Shown here: positions 10,024 through 22,704 of the stretch, piece by piece | How the letters are laid out: each line of letters starts with the position of its first letter | Position numbering within the stretch: position 1 is the stretch's first letter | Assembly: GCA_963774265.1 (NCBI GenBank) | Contig: CAVZDU010000001.1 | Coordinates: 320,001 to 384,000 of the forward strand | Direction of reading: 5' to 3' | Source of the DNA: an uncultured Chloroflexia bacterium | GTDB lineage: Bacteria; Chloroflexota; Anaerolineae; CG2-30-64-16 | Length of the DNA stretch: 64,000 bases | Notes under the pieces: generated by a model | Told to the model about the DNA's origin: nothing | Databases searched by the model: none | Seen by the model: the letters and a program-made list of their open reading frames with translations, nothing else | Program-made: the position numbers and the translations under genes

Positions 10024-11036
10024 GCGAGATTCGTTACTATGACGCGCCGGGCAAGGTCATGATCGACAGCTACGGACGCCATCTCCATTACCTGCGGGTG
10101 TCACTGACAGACGCCTGTAACCTTCGCTGTGTTTACTGCATGCCGGAGGATATCCGGTTCCGTCCCGCCTCTGCGCTGATGCAGGACGACGAAATGCTGA
10201 CACTTGTACGCGTGGCCGCGAGCCTGGGCGTGAACAAGATTCGGCTCACCGGCGGTGAACCGACCGTGCGGCGGGGTGTCGTGGACCTGGTGCGGGAGAT
10301 CAAGGGCATTCCGGGCATTGAACGGATCGTGATGACGACCAATGGTCTCAAGCTGACCGAGCTGGCAGAGCCTCTGGCGCAGGCGGGCCTGGCCCAGGTG
10401 AACATCAGCATCGACTCGCTGAATGCCGACAAATTCCGTCGCATCACGCGTCGCGGCGACTTGGACGAGGTGTGGCGCGGCATTGCGGCTGCTGAGGCAG
10501 CCGGGCTGCAGCCCATCAAGCTGAATTGTGTCGTCACGCGCGGCTTCAACGACGATGAAGTAGCTGATCTGGCCCGGCTGTCGTTGGACAACGACTGGGA
10601 AGTCCGCTTCATCGAGTTGATGCCCTTGGGCAGCGTCGCCGATTTTCAGCATGACCAGGTGGTGCCGTCGACTGAGACGAAGGCGCGCATCGAGGCCGCG
10701 TTGGGACCACTGGAGCTTGTGGCGGGGCACAACGGGCACGATCCTGCCCGTCCCTACCGGCTGCCCGGCGCACGCGGCCAGCTCGGCTTTATCAGCAGCG
10801 TCAGCGAGCCGTTCTGCGCCGGGTGCAACCGGCTGCGGTTAACGGCCGACGGCAAGCTGCGGCTCTGCCTGCTGCGCGATGACGAAGCAGACCTGTTGAC
10901 CCCGCTGCGTGCGGGCGCAGACTTTGAATCGCTCAGGCGGCTGATGGCCGAGGCAGCCTACGGCAAGCCTTGGGGTCACCGCCTGGAACATAATGACATC
11001 GCCACATCCCGCGAAATGAGCCAGATTGGCGGTTGA
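10020..11036 (+). CDS. moaA: GTP 3',8-cyclase MoaA
   Basis: YLRVSLTDACNLRCVYCMP, RLTGGEP, RFIELMP, FCAGCNRLRLTADGKLRLCL, C-terminal MSQIGG. Confidence 0.96.
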   Translation: MSEIRYYDAPGKVMIDSYGRHLHYLRVSLTDACNLRCVYCMPEDIRFRPASALMQDDEMLTLVRVAASLGVNKIRLTGGEPTVRRGVVDLVREIKGIPGIERIVMTTNGLKLTELAEPLAQAGLAQVNISIDSLNADKFRRITRRGDLDEVWRGIAAAEAAGLQPIKLNCVVTRGFNDDEVADLARLSLDNDWEVRFIELMPLGSVADFQHDQVVPSTETKARIEAALGPLELVAGHNGHDPARPYRLPGARGQLGFISSVSEPFCAGCNRLRLTADGKLRLCLLRDDEADLLTPLRAGADFESLRRLMAEAAYGKPWGHRLEHNDIATSREMSQIGG

Positions 11037-11060
11037 TTCATCATATTGATGGAGGATTTC

Positions 11061-11417
11061 ATGTCGGTTGAAACCTTGGAACAGACCTCGGTCATTACCC
11101 TGACCGAGTCCGCAGCAGAGCAGTTAGACGCTATCATGAAGGAAAAGGGCATCCGCGAGACGCACAGCCTTCGTGTTTTCGTGAGCGGCGGTGGGTGCAG
11201 CGGCCTGCAATACGGCATGACCTTCGACCCCAGCCCGCTCGACGTGGACACCGTCCTGACGCAGCACGGCATGCGCGTGGTCATCGACCCGCAAAGCCTG
11301 CGCTACATGGACGGCAGCACGATCGACTATGTCGACAGCCTCATGGGCGGTGGATTCCACATCGAGAACCCCAACGCCGTTTCGAGCTGCGGCGGCGGCT
11401 GCAGCAGCTGCCACTAA
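11061..11417 (+). CDS. A-type Fe-S carrier (ErpA/IscA/HesB family)
   Basis: ITLTESAA, LRVFVSGGGCSGLQYGM, DPQSLRYMDGSTIDY, GFHIENPNA. Confidence 0.9.
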   Translation: MSVETLEQTSVITLTESAAEQLDAIMKEKGIRETHSLRVFVSGGGCSGLQYGMTFDPSPLDVDTVLTQHGMRVVIDPQSLRYMDGSTIDYVDSLMGGGFHIENPNAVSSCGGGCSSCH

Positions 11418-11425
11418 GAGCGCCT

Positions 11426-11455
11426 TGATGGGGCGCACGGTCGTGCGCCCCATCA
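11426..11455. repeat. REP-like intergenic palindrome
   Basis: TGATGGGGCGCACG-GT-CGTGCGCCCCATCA between the A-type carrier and rtcB. Confidence 0.55.
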
Positions 11456-11461
11456 TCCATC

Positions 11462-12920
11462 ATGAGACCCGTCACACGTGCGGACATCCGCAAGCTCGGC
11501 AAGAACCTCTACGAAATCCCACAGGATTTTCGACCGGATATGCGCGTCCCCGCGCATTTCTACGCCGACGAAGGGTTCCTGACGGCCGCGCTGGAAGACC
11601 GCTCGCTGGAGCAATTGGTGAATACGGCGACCCTCCCGGGAATTGTCGGACAAGCCATGGCCATGCCTGACATCCACCAGGGGTATGGGTTCCCGATCGG
11701 CGGCGTGGCCGCAACGGCCTTGCCGCAGGGCGTCGTGTCGCCCGGCGGCGTCGGCTATGACATCAACTGCGGGGTGCGCCTGCTCGCCACCGCCTTACAG
11801 GCAGACGACATCCGTCCCTACCTGGCCAGGCTCGCCGATGCGCTCTATCACCATCTCCCCAGTGGTGTGGGCGTTAAGGGCCACCTGCACACCAACAAGA
11901 GCGAGCTTAACGGGATTCTGGCAGATGGCAGCCAATGGACCCTCCGCGAAGGCTTCGCCCGGCCTGAGGATGTGGCGCACACCGAAGAAGGCGGCTGCAT
12001 GGCAGGCGCGAATCCCGACAAGGTCAGTAAGGCGGCCAAGGATCGCGGGCTGGAACAGGTCGGTACGCTCGGCTCCGGCAATCATTTTGCGGAAATCGAC
12101 GTAGTCACCGAGGTTTTTGACGACGAGGCCGCCGGCTTATTTGGTCTGCGCAAGGGGCAGGTCGTCCTGCAAATCCATTGCGGCAGTCGCGGTCTGGGCC
12201 ACCAGGTTGCGACCGACCACATCGAGGTATTTCAGACGCGCCGTAAGGCGGTACGGCTACGATTTGCCCGACCGCCAGCTCGTGTGCGCACCGCTCGATT
12301 CGCCGGAGGGGCAGGATTATCTCGCCGCCATGAACGCGGCCGCCAATTACGCGTGGGCCAACCGCCAGGTGTTGACCTACCACGCGCGTGAGGCGTTCGA
12401 GGAAGTGTTAGGCGGCAAGGTCCCAGACCATGACCTGCGATTGGTCTACGACGTGGCTCACAACATGGCCAAGATCGAAACACACACCGTCGCCGGAAAG
12501 CAACAGCGGGTGTGCGTCCATCGCAAAGGCGCCACACGCGCCTTCGGCCCGGGCCATCCCGACGTGCCCGAGGATTACCGCTCGCTCGGCCAGCCGGTGC
12601 TCGTGCCCGGCAGCATGGGCACGGCATCTTACGTGCTCGTGGGCACGGCCGAGGCGATGAAGCAAACCTTCGGCTCTTGCTGCCACGGCGCAGGCCGCAC
12701 GCTCAGCCGCGCGGAAGCCAAACGCCAGGTGCGCGGGGAACAACTGCGCAGCGACCTCGAGCAGGACGGCATTATTATCCGCGCCGGCAGCGCCGGCGGG
12801 TTGGCCGAGGAAGCGCCACAGGCTTACAAGAACATCGATCGCGTGGTGGCGGTGGTGGAATCCGCCGGCCTTGCCACGATCGTTGCGAAGGTCGAACCGC
12901 TCGCGGTCATCAAAGGTTAA
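11462..12920 (+). CDS. rtcB: RNA ligase RtcB (frameshift near 12240)
   Basis: [74 protein letters not shown]. Confidence 0.93.
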
Positions 12921-12932
12921 GGGGGGAATTCG

Positions 12933-14418
<1,486 letters not shown>

Positions 14419-14420
<2 letters not shown>

Positions 14421-14470
14421 TTGGCGATTGCAGATTCAGGATTGAAGATTGAAGATTCGGTCTGCAAATC
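14419..14470 (+). repeat. Heptamer tandem repeat (GATTnnn x6) with short complementary tail
   Basis: GATTGGC GATTGCA GATTCAG GATTGAA GATTGAA GATTCGG then TCTGCAAATC. Confidence 0.55.
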
Positions 14471-14485
14471 CACACGGAGGTTCCG

Positions 14486-15925
<1,440 letters not shown>

Positions 15926-16019
15926 CGCACCATCGTCCCCCGCAAGGAAAAGACACGAGCTGCGCAAGGCGATGGAGTCTTCGCTATAAGAATAATGTCA
16001 TCCAAGGAGTCAACGCGTA

Positions 16020-17361
16020 ATGCCCATTCGCAAGATCGTACTCATCCAGCCCCGCCGCGACGGCCGCTTCCTGGGCCGCGGCATCAGCGAGCCATATACT
16101 CTCATGCGCCTGGCCTCTCTCGTCGATCCCCAGATCCCGGTCGAAATCTGGGACGGCGATCTGATGGAACTGCCCGTGCACCAGCTTGGCCCCCAGGACC
16201 TGGTCGGAATCAGCGCAAAGACGGTCATGATCGACCGCGCCAAGGTCGTTGGCCGCGAGGATCCAAAAGCAAGGGTCCACGGTCGTCATGGGCGGCACCC
16301 ACGTCACCCTGGTCCCGGATGAAGTCGAGGCCTGGGCGGATGTGATCGTCGTCGGCGAAGGCTATCGCACCTGGCCGAAGATCATCCGTGATTTCGACCG
16401 CGGCACGCTCCAGAAACGCTATGTGGATGAAGAGTGGGCGCCGTCTGGATTCCGGGCGTGGCTGTGCTGCAAGATCGCGTCCTGCAGCAGGTCGACGAAC
16501 ACCGCAACTACTGGACGCCCTACCTGGAAATCACCCGCGGCTGCCCGCGCAATTGCACCTTCTGCACCGCCGTCCGCGTATCGGGCCAGAAGATGCGCCT
16601 GCGCCCGGTCGACGAGGTCGTCGAGGAGATCGAGCGCCGCAAGCTGCAGCGCTTCTTCCTGACCGATGACAACTTCGGTCTGAATTTCCGGCTCTTCCCG
16701 GAGTACATGGAGCAGCTCTTCCGCGCGCTGGCCAAGCTGCCGCTCAAGGGCTGGACCTGCCAGGCCGAGCAGATGGTCGCAGAGTTCCCCGACATGCTGG
16801 ATCTCGCGCGGGAGGCTCACCTGGACAAGTTCCTCATCGGTTTCGAGTCGATCAACCCGGGCAACCGCAAGGAACTGGGCGGCAAGGGCCGCGGCGATAT
16901 CGACAAGACCCGCCAGGTGATCAAGAAAGTGCACGAACATGGCATCGGCGTTGTGGGCCTGTTTGTGTTCGGCTTCGACAGCGACACCCTGGAGACGTTC
17001 GATGCGGGCTATGATTTCATCCGCTCGTCCGAACTGGACGGCGTCAGTGCAACCGTTCTCACGCCATTTCCGGGCACGGCGCAGCGGGAAACCCTGCTGG
17101 CGGCCGGACGCATCCTCCCGCACGATACGTGGGAGCACTACGACACCAACCATGTCACCTTCCAACCCGCCCAGATGACGGTCGAGCAACTCACGGCGGC
17201 CTACGATCGTCTGTGCCGAGCGCATCTACCACCCGACGCTCATGGCCGGGCGCGGCTGGGGCGCGTTGCGGCGCCATCCCGTGAACAAGATGGGGGCGCG
17301 TCTCTTCTCCAGCTTCAGCACCGACATCGGCTACCGCCGGGAATACAGCCACCGGTTATAG
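16020..17361 (+). CDS. B12-binding domain radical SAM protein #3 (several frameshifts)
   Basis: VMGGTHVTLVPDE, VGEG, TRGCPRNCTFC, DDNF, IGFES, FVFGFDSD, LTPFPGT. Confidence 0.85.
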
Positions 17362-17379
17362 TTAGAAGCGAGTATTATC

Positions 17380-18806
17380 ATGAGAGTATTACTGGCCAGT
17401 CCCGAGTCCGAGGTCTGGACCTCCCGCAAGCATATCCCGCTGGGGCTGGGCTACCTGGCCGCGGTGCTGCGCGAGAACGGGCATCCAGTGGGCATCTACG
17501 ACTGCGGCCATCGAGGACGAGCCGCTGGAGACCGTGGTGCGCCGCGGCGGCTACGAGCTGCTCGGCATCACCGCGGTCACGCCGCTGATCGTCGACGCGT
17601 GGAACATGGCGAAGGAAGGCAAGCGGCTGGGGCTGACCACCGTGCTGGGCGGCCCGCACCTGACGCTGATGCCGGAGGAATCGATCAGCGCCGGAGCATC
17701 CCGAGGTGGACTACGTCATCCAGGGCGAGGCCGAAGAGAGCGTCGTCGAGTTCGTGGATGCCCTGGAAGGCCGGCCGCGCCATGGAGACGGTGCACGGCC
17801 TGTACTGGCGCAAGGAACGGCGAGATGGTCGTCAACGCGCCGTCGCGGCCTGGTCCCGAACCTGGACAGCATCCCCTACCCGGCGCACGACCTGTACAAG
17901 ATCACCCGCTACACCAATCTGCAGCCGCTCACCGATGGGCTGGACACCAAAGCGCGGGCCTACACGATCATGACCAGCCGCGGCTGCCCGTACAAGTGCA
18001 CCTACTGCTCCAAGCCGATCACCGGCGACACCTGGCGGCCCGCTCGGTGGAGAACGTCATCGGCGAGTGGCGCTGGCTGGTGCAGCGACCTGAAGGCCAC
18101 CGAGATCGGCCTGACCGACGACATCTGGAACCTGAAGCTGGATCGGGCCAAGGAGCTGTGCCGGCGCATCGATCGCCGAGGGGCTGAACACCGTGCCCTG
18201 GGTCACCGTCCACGGCATGAAGGTCAACCACGCCGACCCGGAGCTGTTCCAGCTGATGAAGCAGGCCGGCTGCAAGCGCGTCGGCTTCGGCGTGGAGAGC
18301 GGCGACGCAACACATCCTGCGCAACGTGATCAAGAAGAGCCAGACGCTCGACATGGTGCGCAACGCGTTCCGCTGGGCCAAGGAGGCCGGCCTGCAGACG
18401 ATGGGCTTCTTCATCTTCGGCATGCCGCAGGAGACCGAAGAGACGCATGGAGAAGACCATCCAGTTCGCGCTGGAGCTGGACCCCGACCTGGCGAACTTC
18501 ATGCTCGCCACGCCGTATCCCGGCACCGAGATGTACGACGTGATCAAGAAGTACGGCAACATCTTCGCCAACGAGTGGGAGGACTACGCCATCCAGTCGG
18601 ACAAGGCGCGCTTCACCATGCCCGATTACGACCCAGACCTGGTCGTGCGGAAGTGGAAAGAGGCCTATCGGCGCTTCTACCTCTACCGGCCGAAGCGGGT
18701 GTGGCAGAAGGTGTCGAAGAAGAGCTTCTGGACCGAGCTGCCCACGACCCTGGCCAACGCCAAACGGTTCTTCGTGCCCGAGAAGGCGCCGGCGAAGGCC
18801 GCGTAG
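17380..18806 (+). CDS. B12-binding domain radical SAM protein #4 (paralog of #2; several frameshifts)
   Basis: [58 protein letters not shown]. Confidence 0.85.
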
Positions 18807-18827
18807 GGGCGGGTGCGAGACCCGCCC
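18803..18827 (+). repeat. GTAG-type REP-like palindrome overlapping the stop codon
   Basis: GTAG-GGGCGGGT-GCGAG-ACCCGCCC. Confidence 0.5.
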
Positions 18828-18854
18828 AAGCCCTGCGTCCGCTCCCGAAATACC

Positions 18855-18888
18855 AAACGTCCTGGCCCTCGCCGGGGCGTTTTTGTTT
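18855..18888 (+). terminator. Intrinsic terminator after the radical SAM cluster
   Basis: AAACGTCCTGGC-CCTC-GCCGGGGCGTTT followed by TTGTTT. Confidence 0.65.
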
Positions 18889-18971
18889 CCTCTCTTCCCA
18901 TAGTATGATTTCCACGCATGGCGCTGGATGTCTTCCTCCAGGAATTGCTCGATCATCGCAGGAAGGCCGAC

Positions 18972-20075
18972 ATGAGCGAATACCAGTACTATGAATGGCA
19001 AACCATCGACCGCCCACTGACCGCAGAGGAACAGGCGGCAGTGAACAAGCTATCCAGTCACATTGATGTCACCTCAACGCGCGCAATCGTCACCTACAAC
19101 TGGGGCGATTTCAAACACAAACCCAAACAGGTGCTCGAGCGCTATTTCGATGCATTTCTCTACTACGCGAACTGGGGCAGCCGGCAACTGGCCTTCCGCT
19201 TCCCCAAAGGATTGCTCGACGAGGGTGTGCTGCAACCCTACTTGCTGAAGTACGGCGCCACGCTGGAAACCGTCAGTGAGTATCAGATCTTATACATCTC
19301 CTTCCTTGATGAGGATGGCGGTCATTGGTACAACGAGGAAGCGAACCTCTCTTCGCTGGCGCCGTTGCGCGACAGCATTCTGGCTGGCGACTATCGTGTG
19401 TTATACCTGGCCTCCCTGATGGCCGCCTCAGCCAACAGAATCGATGAGGAACTGGAGCCGCCTGTGCCGCCGGGACTGCAAACGCTCACCGGACCGCTGG
19501 CGGAGTTCTGTCGTTTTTTCCAGTTGGACCCGTTCTTGGTGCAGACAGCCGCCCAAGCGAGCGAACCACTGCGTGCCGCGCCAGCTATCGCGTTGGACGC
19601 GGCGATCGCCCTCCTCCCGCGTGCCGAGTGCGATGACTTCCTGCAGCGTCTGGCCGAAGGTGAGCCATTGCTCTCGCTGAAGCTCAACAGGCGCCTGCAG
19701 GAGCTGGCCGGTGCGCCGGATAAATCGGCGACCTCCCCGCCCCGTCGAAGGTGGTGCGATCTCAGGGAGACGGCCGAAACAATGCGTCAGGCCGAGGCAC
19801 AGCGGCAAAGCGTAGAGGCCGAGGCCCGGCGTATTAGGGACCTGCAGGACTTCGCCGCCCATAGCGCGCAAGCCTGGCATGACGTGGTTGCCCTAACTGA
19901 ACAGAAGCAATCGCGTCCCTACGATGAAGCAGTCGCTTTGTTAGGTAAGCTTCGTGATCTCGCTGAGTTTCAAGATGATCTCCCGGCGTTTCAAACAAAA
20001 CTGGCGAGCCTGCGGGCGCAGTATGCCAGGCGTCCGGGCCTTCAGGATCGACTGCGGAAGGCCGGGTTGGCGTGA
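18972..20075 (+). CDS. Conserved hypothetical protein (MSEYQYYE... type)
   Basis: Intact ORF; N-terminus [17 protein letters not shown]...YNWGDFK...[12 protein letters not shown] resembles a recurrent uncharacterised family; helical C-terminus. Confidence 0.7.
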   Translation: MSEYQYYEWQTIDRPLTAEEQAAVNKLSSHIDVTSTRAIVTYNWGDFKHKPKQVLERYFDAFLYYANWGSRQLAFRFPKGLLDEGVLQPYLLKYGATLETVSEYQILYISFLDEDGGHWYNEEANLSSLAPLRDSILAGDYRVLYLASLMAASANRIDEELEPPVPPGLQTLTGPLAEFCRFFQLDPFLVQTAAQASEPLRAAPAIALDAAIALLPRAECDDFLQRLAEGEPLLSLKLNRRLQELAGAPDKSATSPPRRRWCDLRETAETMRQAEAQRQSVEAEARRIRDLQDFAAHSAQAWHDVVALTEQKQSRPYDEAVALLGKLRDLAEFQDDLPAFQTKLASLRAQYARRPGLQDRLRKAGLA

Positions 20076-20129
20076 GAGGCGATGATGAGGATGGCGACAA
20101 TTGGGACAACGGGGTGAAGGCGAATTACG

Positions 20130-20354
20130 TTGAGTTCGACCCCAACCTGTCTCGGGTGGAAGAATGGGAAGCGGAGCAGATGGCTGACCCAGGAGCAACT
20201 CGCCGAAATGGTCGGCACCAAGCAGCCAAGCATTGCGCGCCTGGAGAGTGGCGCTTCCACGCCGACCGTGACGTTCCTTCGCAAGGTTGCCGCCGCGCTC
20301 GGGTCGCGGGTCGAAGTGCGATTTGTGCCAACCGAACAAGCGCCGTCTGAATGA
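20130..20354 (+). pseudogene. XRE/HTH_3 antitoxin-like regulator, 5'-truncated
   Basis: LTQEQLAEMVGTKQPSIARLESGASTPTVTFLRKVAAALGSRVEVRF; no convincing start. Confidence 0.65.
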
Positions 20355-20533
20355 CAGTACCTTCTACCGAAACATCCCCTGACCCGGACGACTACGGCGA
20401 GATCACTCAGGCCGACCTCGACCGCGCGACCTATCGCTTTGCGGGCAAAGCGATGGAGCAGGAAGACCTTGAGGCGCGCCTGCGCTGGGTCATCCGCGAG
20501 GAGATGGGCCGCTTCACCGGGTCGTCAGAGTAG
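20351..20533 (+). pseudogene. BrnA-like antitoxin remnant
   Basis: DPDDYGEITQADLDRA resembles BrnA N-termini; most of the RHH region is absent. Confidence 0.35.
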
Positions 20534-20600
20534 CGTCACTGGGCGCATCGACGACGCGCGGGTGCGACCGCGAGGCGCCAGGTGCAGCCAAACACGCTGC

Positions 20601-20700
20601 TTGTCACCGCGTCACCGCGTCACCGCTGACCTGCACACAAACGCCCCACAGGCCATCATGACCGAAAAACGGGGCGCCTTTTGCGGTGACGCGGTGACAA
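20601..20700. repeat. 100-bp inverted-repeat element, copy A
   Basis: 18-bp perfect TIR TTGTCACCGCGTCACCGC / GCGGTGACGCGGTGACAA; CTGC on both flanks; core shared with 21803-21888. Confidence 0.7.
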
Positions 20701-20835
20701 CTGCCGCGCCCGACAAACCAGCCAGGAGCGATGTGCGTTGATTCGAAGTATCGCAGGCTGATCTTGATCTATGGTTCAAGTGGCATCAATATGTTCACTA
20801 GCTGCCTGGCGGTGATGATACTCAGAGGTCCTGGC

Positions 20836-21033
20836 TCAGGCGGTCCATGCAGGACGAGCAGATACTTCATCCCCAGTGGCCAAGTAATCGGCCCCACCGT
20901 ACACCGCTGCCGCTAGGATGAACTCATCTTTCGCGTCCCTTACGTGGATCGGTAGCGCTGCGCTAACATCCACCCGCACCGCTTGGCTGTCGAGGAGCTG
21001 CAGCGACTCATAATCCTCGGGCGTAGTCACCAC
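20836..21033 (-). pseudogene. PIN-family toxin C-terminal remnant
   Basis: VRDAKDEFILAAAVYGGADYLATGD matches the RDxxDxxxLxxAxxxxADxxxTGD PIN motif; N-terminus missing. Confidence 0.65.
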
Positions 21034-21067
21034 CGCCGTGCTCCGAAGGTTCCGAACAGCCGCTGTG

Positions 21068-21340
21068 CTATCTGGCCTTCTGCTTGAAGACGAGCGGATA
21101 AGACTCCGGATGTTCGAGGGCGCGTAGCTCTACATCAGCATCAAGTGCAGGCCAAAACAACTGGTCTAGGCCGATGCGCTCCACAGCATAGATCTGCGTT
21201 ACCGTTGCTGAACGAAAAACAGGATAGTCGTCAAACGGCACGAAGTATTCTTTGTCATCGACCAGCAACCAGAATCCGTGCTGGGTGATATTGGTGACCT
21301 CACTGACCGAAATGCCTGTGCCAGGCGTCGATAAATTCAT
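21068..21340 (-). CDS. DUF2442 domain protein (putative antitoxin)
   Basis: EVTNITQHGFWLLVDDKEYFVPFDDYPVFRSAT...LFWPALDADV...LEHPESYPL. Confidence 0.8.
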   Translation of the reverse strand: MNLSTPGTGISVSEVTNITQHGFWLLVDDKEYFVPFDDYPVFRSATVTQIYAVERIGLDQLFWPALDADVELRALEHPESYPLVFKQKAR

Positions 21341-21536
21341 CCTGATGCTCCTTCACAATCTGGTCAATACGAGCCAGTTCCTTCGCCGTCAACAAGTACA
21401 CATCGGCGAGCGCGACGATGGGCTCCAACCAGAACTTCGCTAAACCGTCCGGCGACTGAACATGCACATGCATTCGCTTTTCTTCACGGCTGTTGAAGAA
21501 GAAGCGGTATGACCCTTCCCTGTAAATCGTTGGCAT
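21300..21536 (-). CDS. DUF4160 domain protein (putative toxin, pairs with DUF2442)
   Basis: MPTIYREGSYRFFFNSREEKRMHVHV...AKFWLEP...WHRHFG; overlaps the DUF2442 start. Confidence 0.82.
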   Translation of the reverse strand: MPTIYREGSYRFFFNSREEKRMHVHVQSPDGLAKFWLEPIVALADVYLLTAKELARIDQIVKEHQDEFIDAWHRHFGQ

Positions 21537-21592
21537 CCTTGCCTTCCCATCTGCATTATAGCACGGACCAACGGATCGTAAACAGCGGCTCG

Positions 21593-21732
21593 GACTCGGT
21601 TCCAAAGTCTGTTGGTGGGTTTCGTACGCACTATTGGGCCACTATATGTGCCACAAGGGCCGCCAGCGGAACCCCATATGTAGTGGGCTGCCGGCGGACC
21701 GCAAGGCCACCAACACAATCTGGAACCGAGTC
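21593..21732. mobile_element. 140-bp MITE with 26-bp TIRs and 8-bp target-site duplication
   Basis: TIRs GACTCGGTTCCAAAGTCTGTTGGTGG / CCACCAACACAATCTGGAACCGAGTC (23/26); GCGGCTCG at 21585-21592 and 21733-21740. Confidence 0.8.
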
Positions 21733-21802
21733 GCGGCTCGACGGCCGTTTTCCGCGCCATGCGGCGTTCCAGGAGTGAGATTGGTCGTCAGACGGGCCGT
21801 GT

Positions 21803-21888
21803 TTGTACCCACGTACCCGCGTTCCCGCTAACCTGCACACTCCCCATAAGCCACTGTGCCCGACAAACGGGGCGCCTCTTGCGGGAAC
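21803..21888. repeat. Inverted-repeat element, diverged copy B
   Basis: TTGTACCCACGTACCCGCGTTCCCGCTAACCTGCACAC...AAACGGGGCGCCTCTTGCGGGAAC aligns to copy A. Confidence 0.6.
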
Positions 21889-21901
21889 ACCGGCCGCAAG
21901 G

Positions 21902-22370
21902 TCACGAGCCATCCTTCACATAGTCGTCCAGAAAAATCAGTTCCGGCCGCAGCACGCGTCCGCGCCACCGGAGATCGTTAGTCACGATGGCATCTGCGCC
22001 ATGCACGCGGCCCGCCGCCACCTGGATTGCTTCCGGCGTGCGCAGGCCGGTCTCCGCCGCGCACTAACGCGGTCTCGCGCGCGAGCTCCACGTCCACCGG
22101 CGCCAGCTGCAGGTGTGGGAAGTGCGTCAGAAACAGCTCATACTCCTGCATGGCCCGGCGGTCGCCCGCAAGCGCAGGCTGGGTCAACAACTCCGTAAGC
22201 GTGATGGTGGTGGCCAGACCAGAGAGCGCGCCCGACTCCACCTCGGCCAGCACCGCAGCGGTCAGCGGGCTGTAGTCCGGGTGATCGGCCAGATGGTAGG
22301 CGAAGACCATGGTGTCCAGAAGTACCGTCCGCACGCCGGCGAGCCGTGTGCGCAGCGCTGTCACTCCCAT
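21902..22370 (-). CDS. VapC/PIN-domain toxin (frameshift near 22055)
   Basis: VLLDTMVFAYHL, TITLTELL, then alternate frame LRTPEAIQVAAA...IVTND. Confidence 0.8.
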
Positions 22371-22594
22371 GCGGCTCGCTCCTCCTCGACCTGTCGGGCG
22401 GCATCCGGCCACAGGTCTTTGTGGAGCCCGCGCATGGCCGCAGTGAAGTTCGCCGGCCGGCTGATCAGGGTAACCGTCTCACCATCCATGAGGAAAAGCA
22501 ATTGATCCTCGGGCGTCAGCTTCAGCGCCTCGCGCACGACGCGCGGAATGACGACTTGATACTTGGAGCTGATGCGTGCACTCACAGTTTCCAT
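22361..22594 (-). CDS. AbrB/MazE/SpoVT family antitoxin
   Basis: ARISSKYQVVIPRVVREALKLTPEDQLLF; overlaps the PIN start. Confidence 0.88.
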   Translation of the reverse strand: METVSARISSKYQVVIPRVVREALKLTPEDQLLFLMDGETVTLISRPANFTAAMRGLHKDLWPDAARQVEEERAAWE

Positions 22595-22595
22595 T

Positions 22596-22652
22596 GTCTT
22601 ACCTCGTCTACCTGGTAAGACTAAGTATATAGCCGTAAGAAGGATTCGTCAA
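22596..22652 (-). promoter_or_regulatory. TA operon promoter and palindromic operator
   Basis: TTGACG-N17-TATACT on minus; GTCTTACC-N10-GGTAAGAC at 22596-22621. Confidence 0.6.
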
Positions 22653-22704
22653 TGTTTTACCAAAAGTCGCTGTCTATCAGTCATCGCCACGACCCGCTCC
22701 TTCG

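Noticed and set aside
20601-20700. CRISPR-like repeats
   Set aside because: Octamer tandem units without spacers; no cas genes
21593-21732. Rod-like fold resembling 6S RNA
   Set aside because: The exact 8-bp flanking duplication and terminal inverted repeats indicate a MITE; it is also short for 6S
18900-22600. Integron cassette array
   Set aside because: No integrase and no convincing RYYYAAC...GTTRRRY attC sites found by eye; genes lie in both orientations
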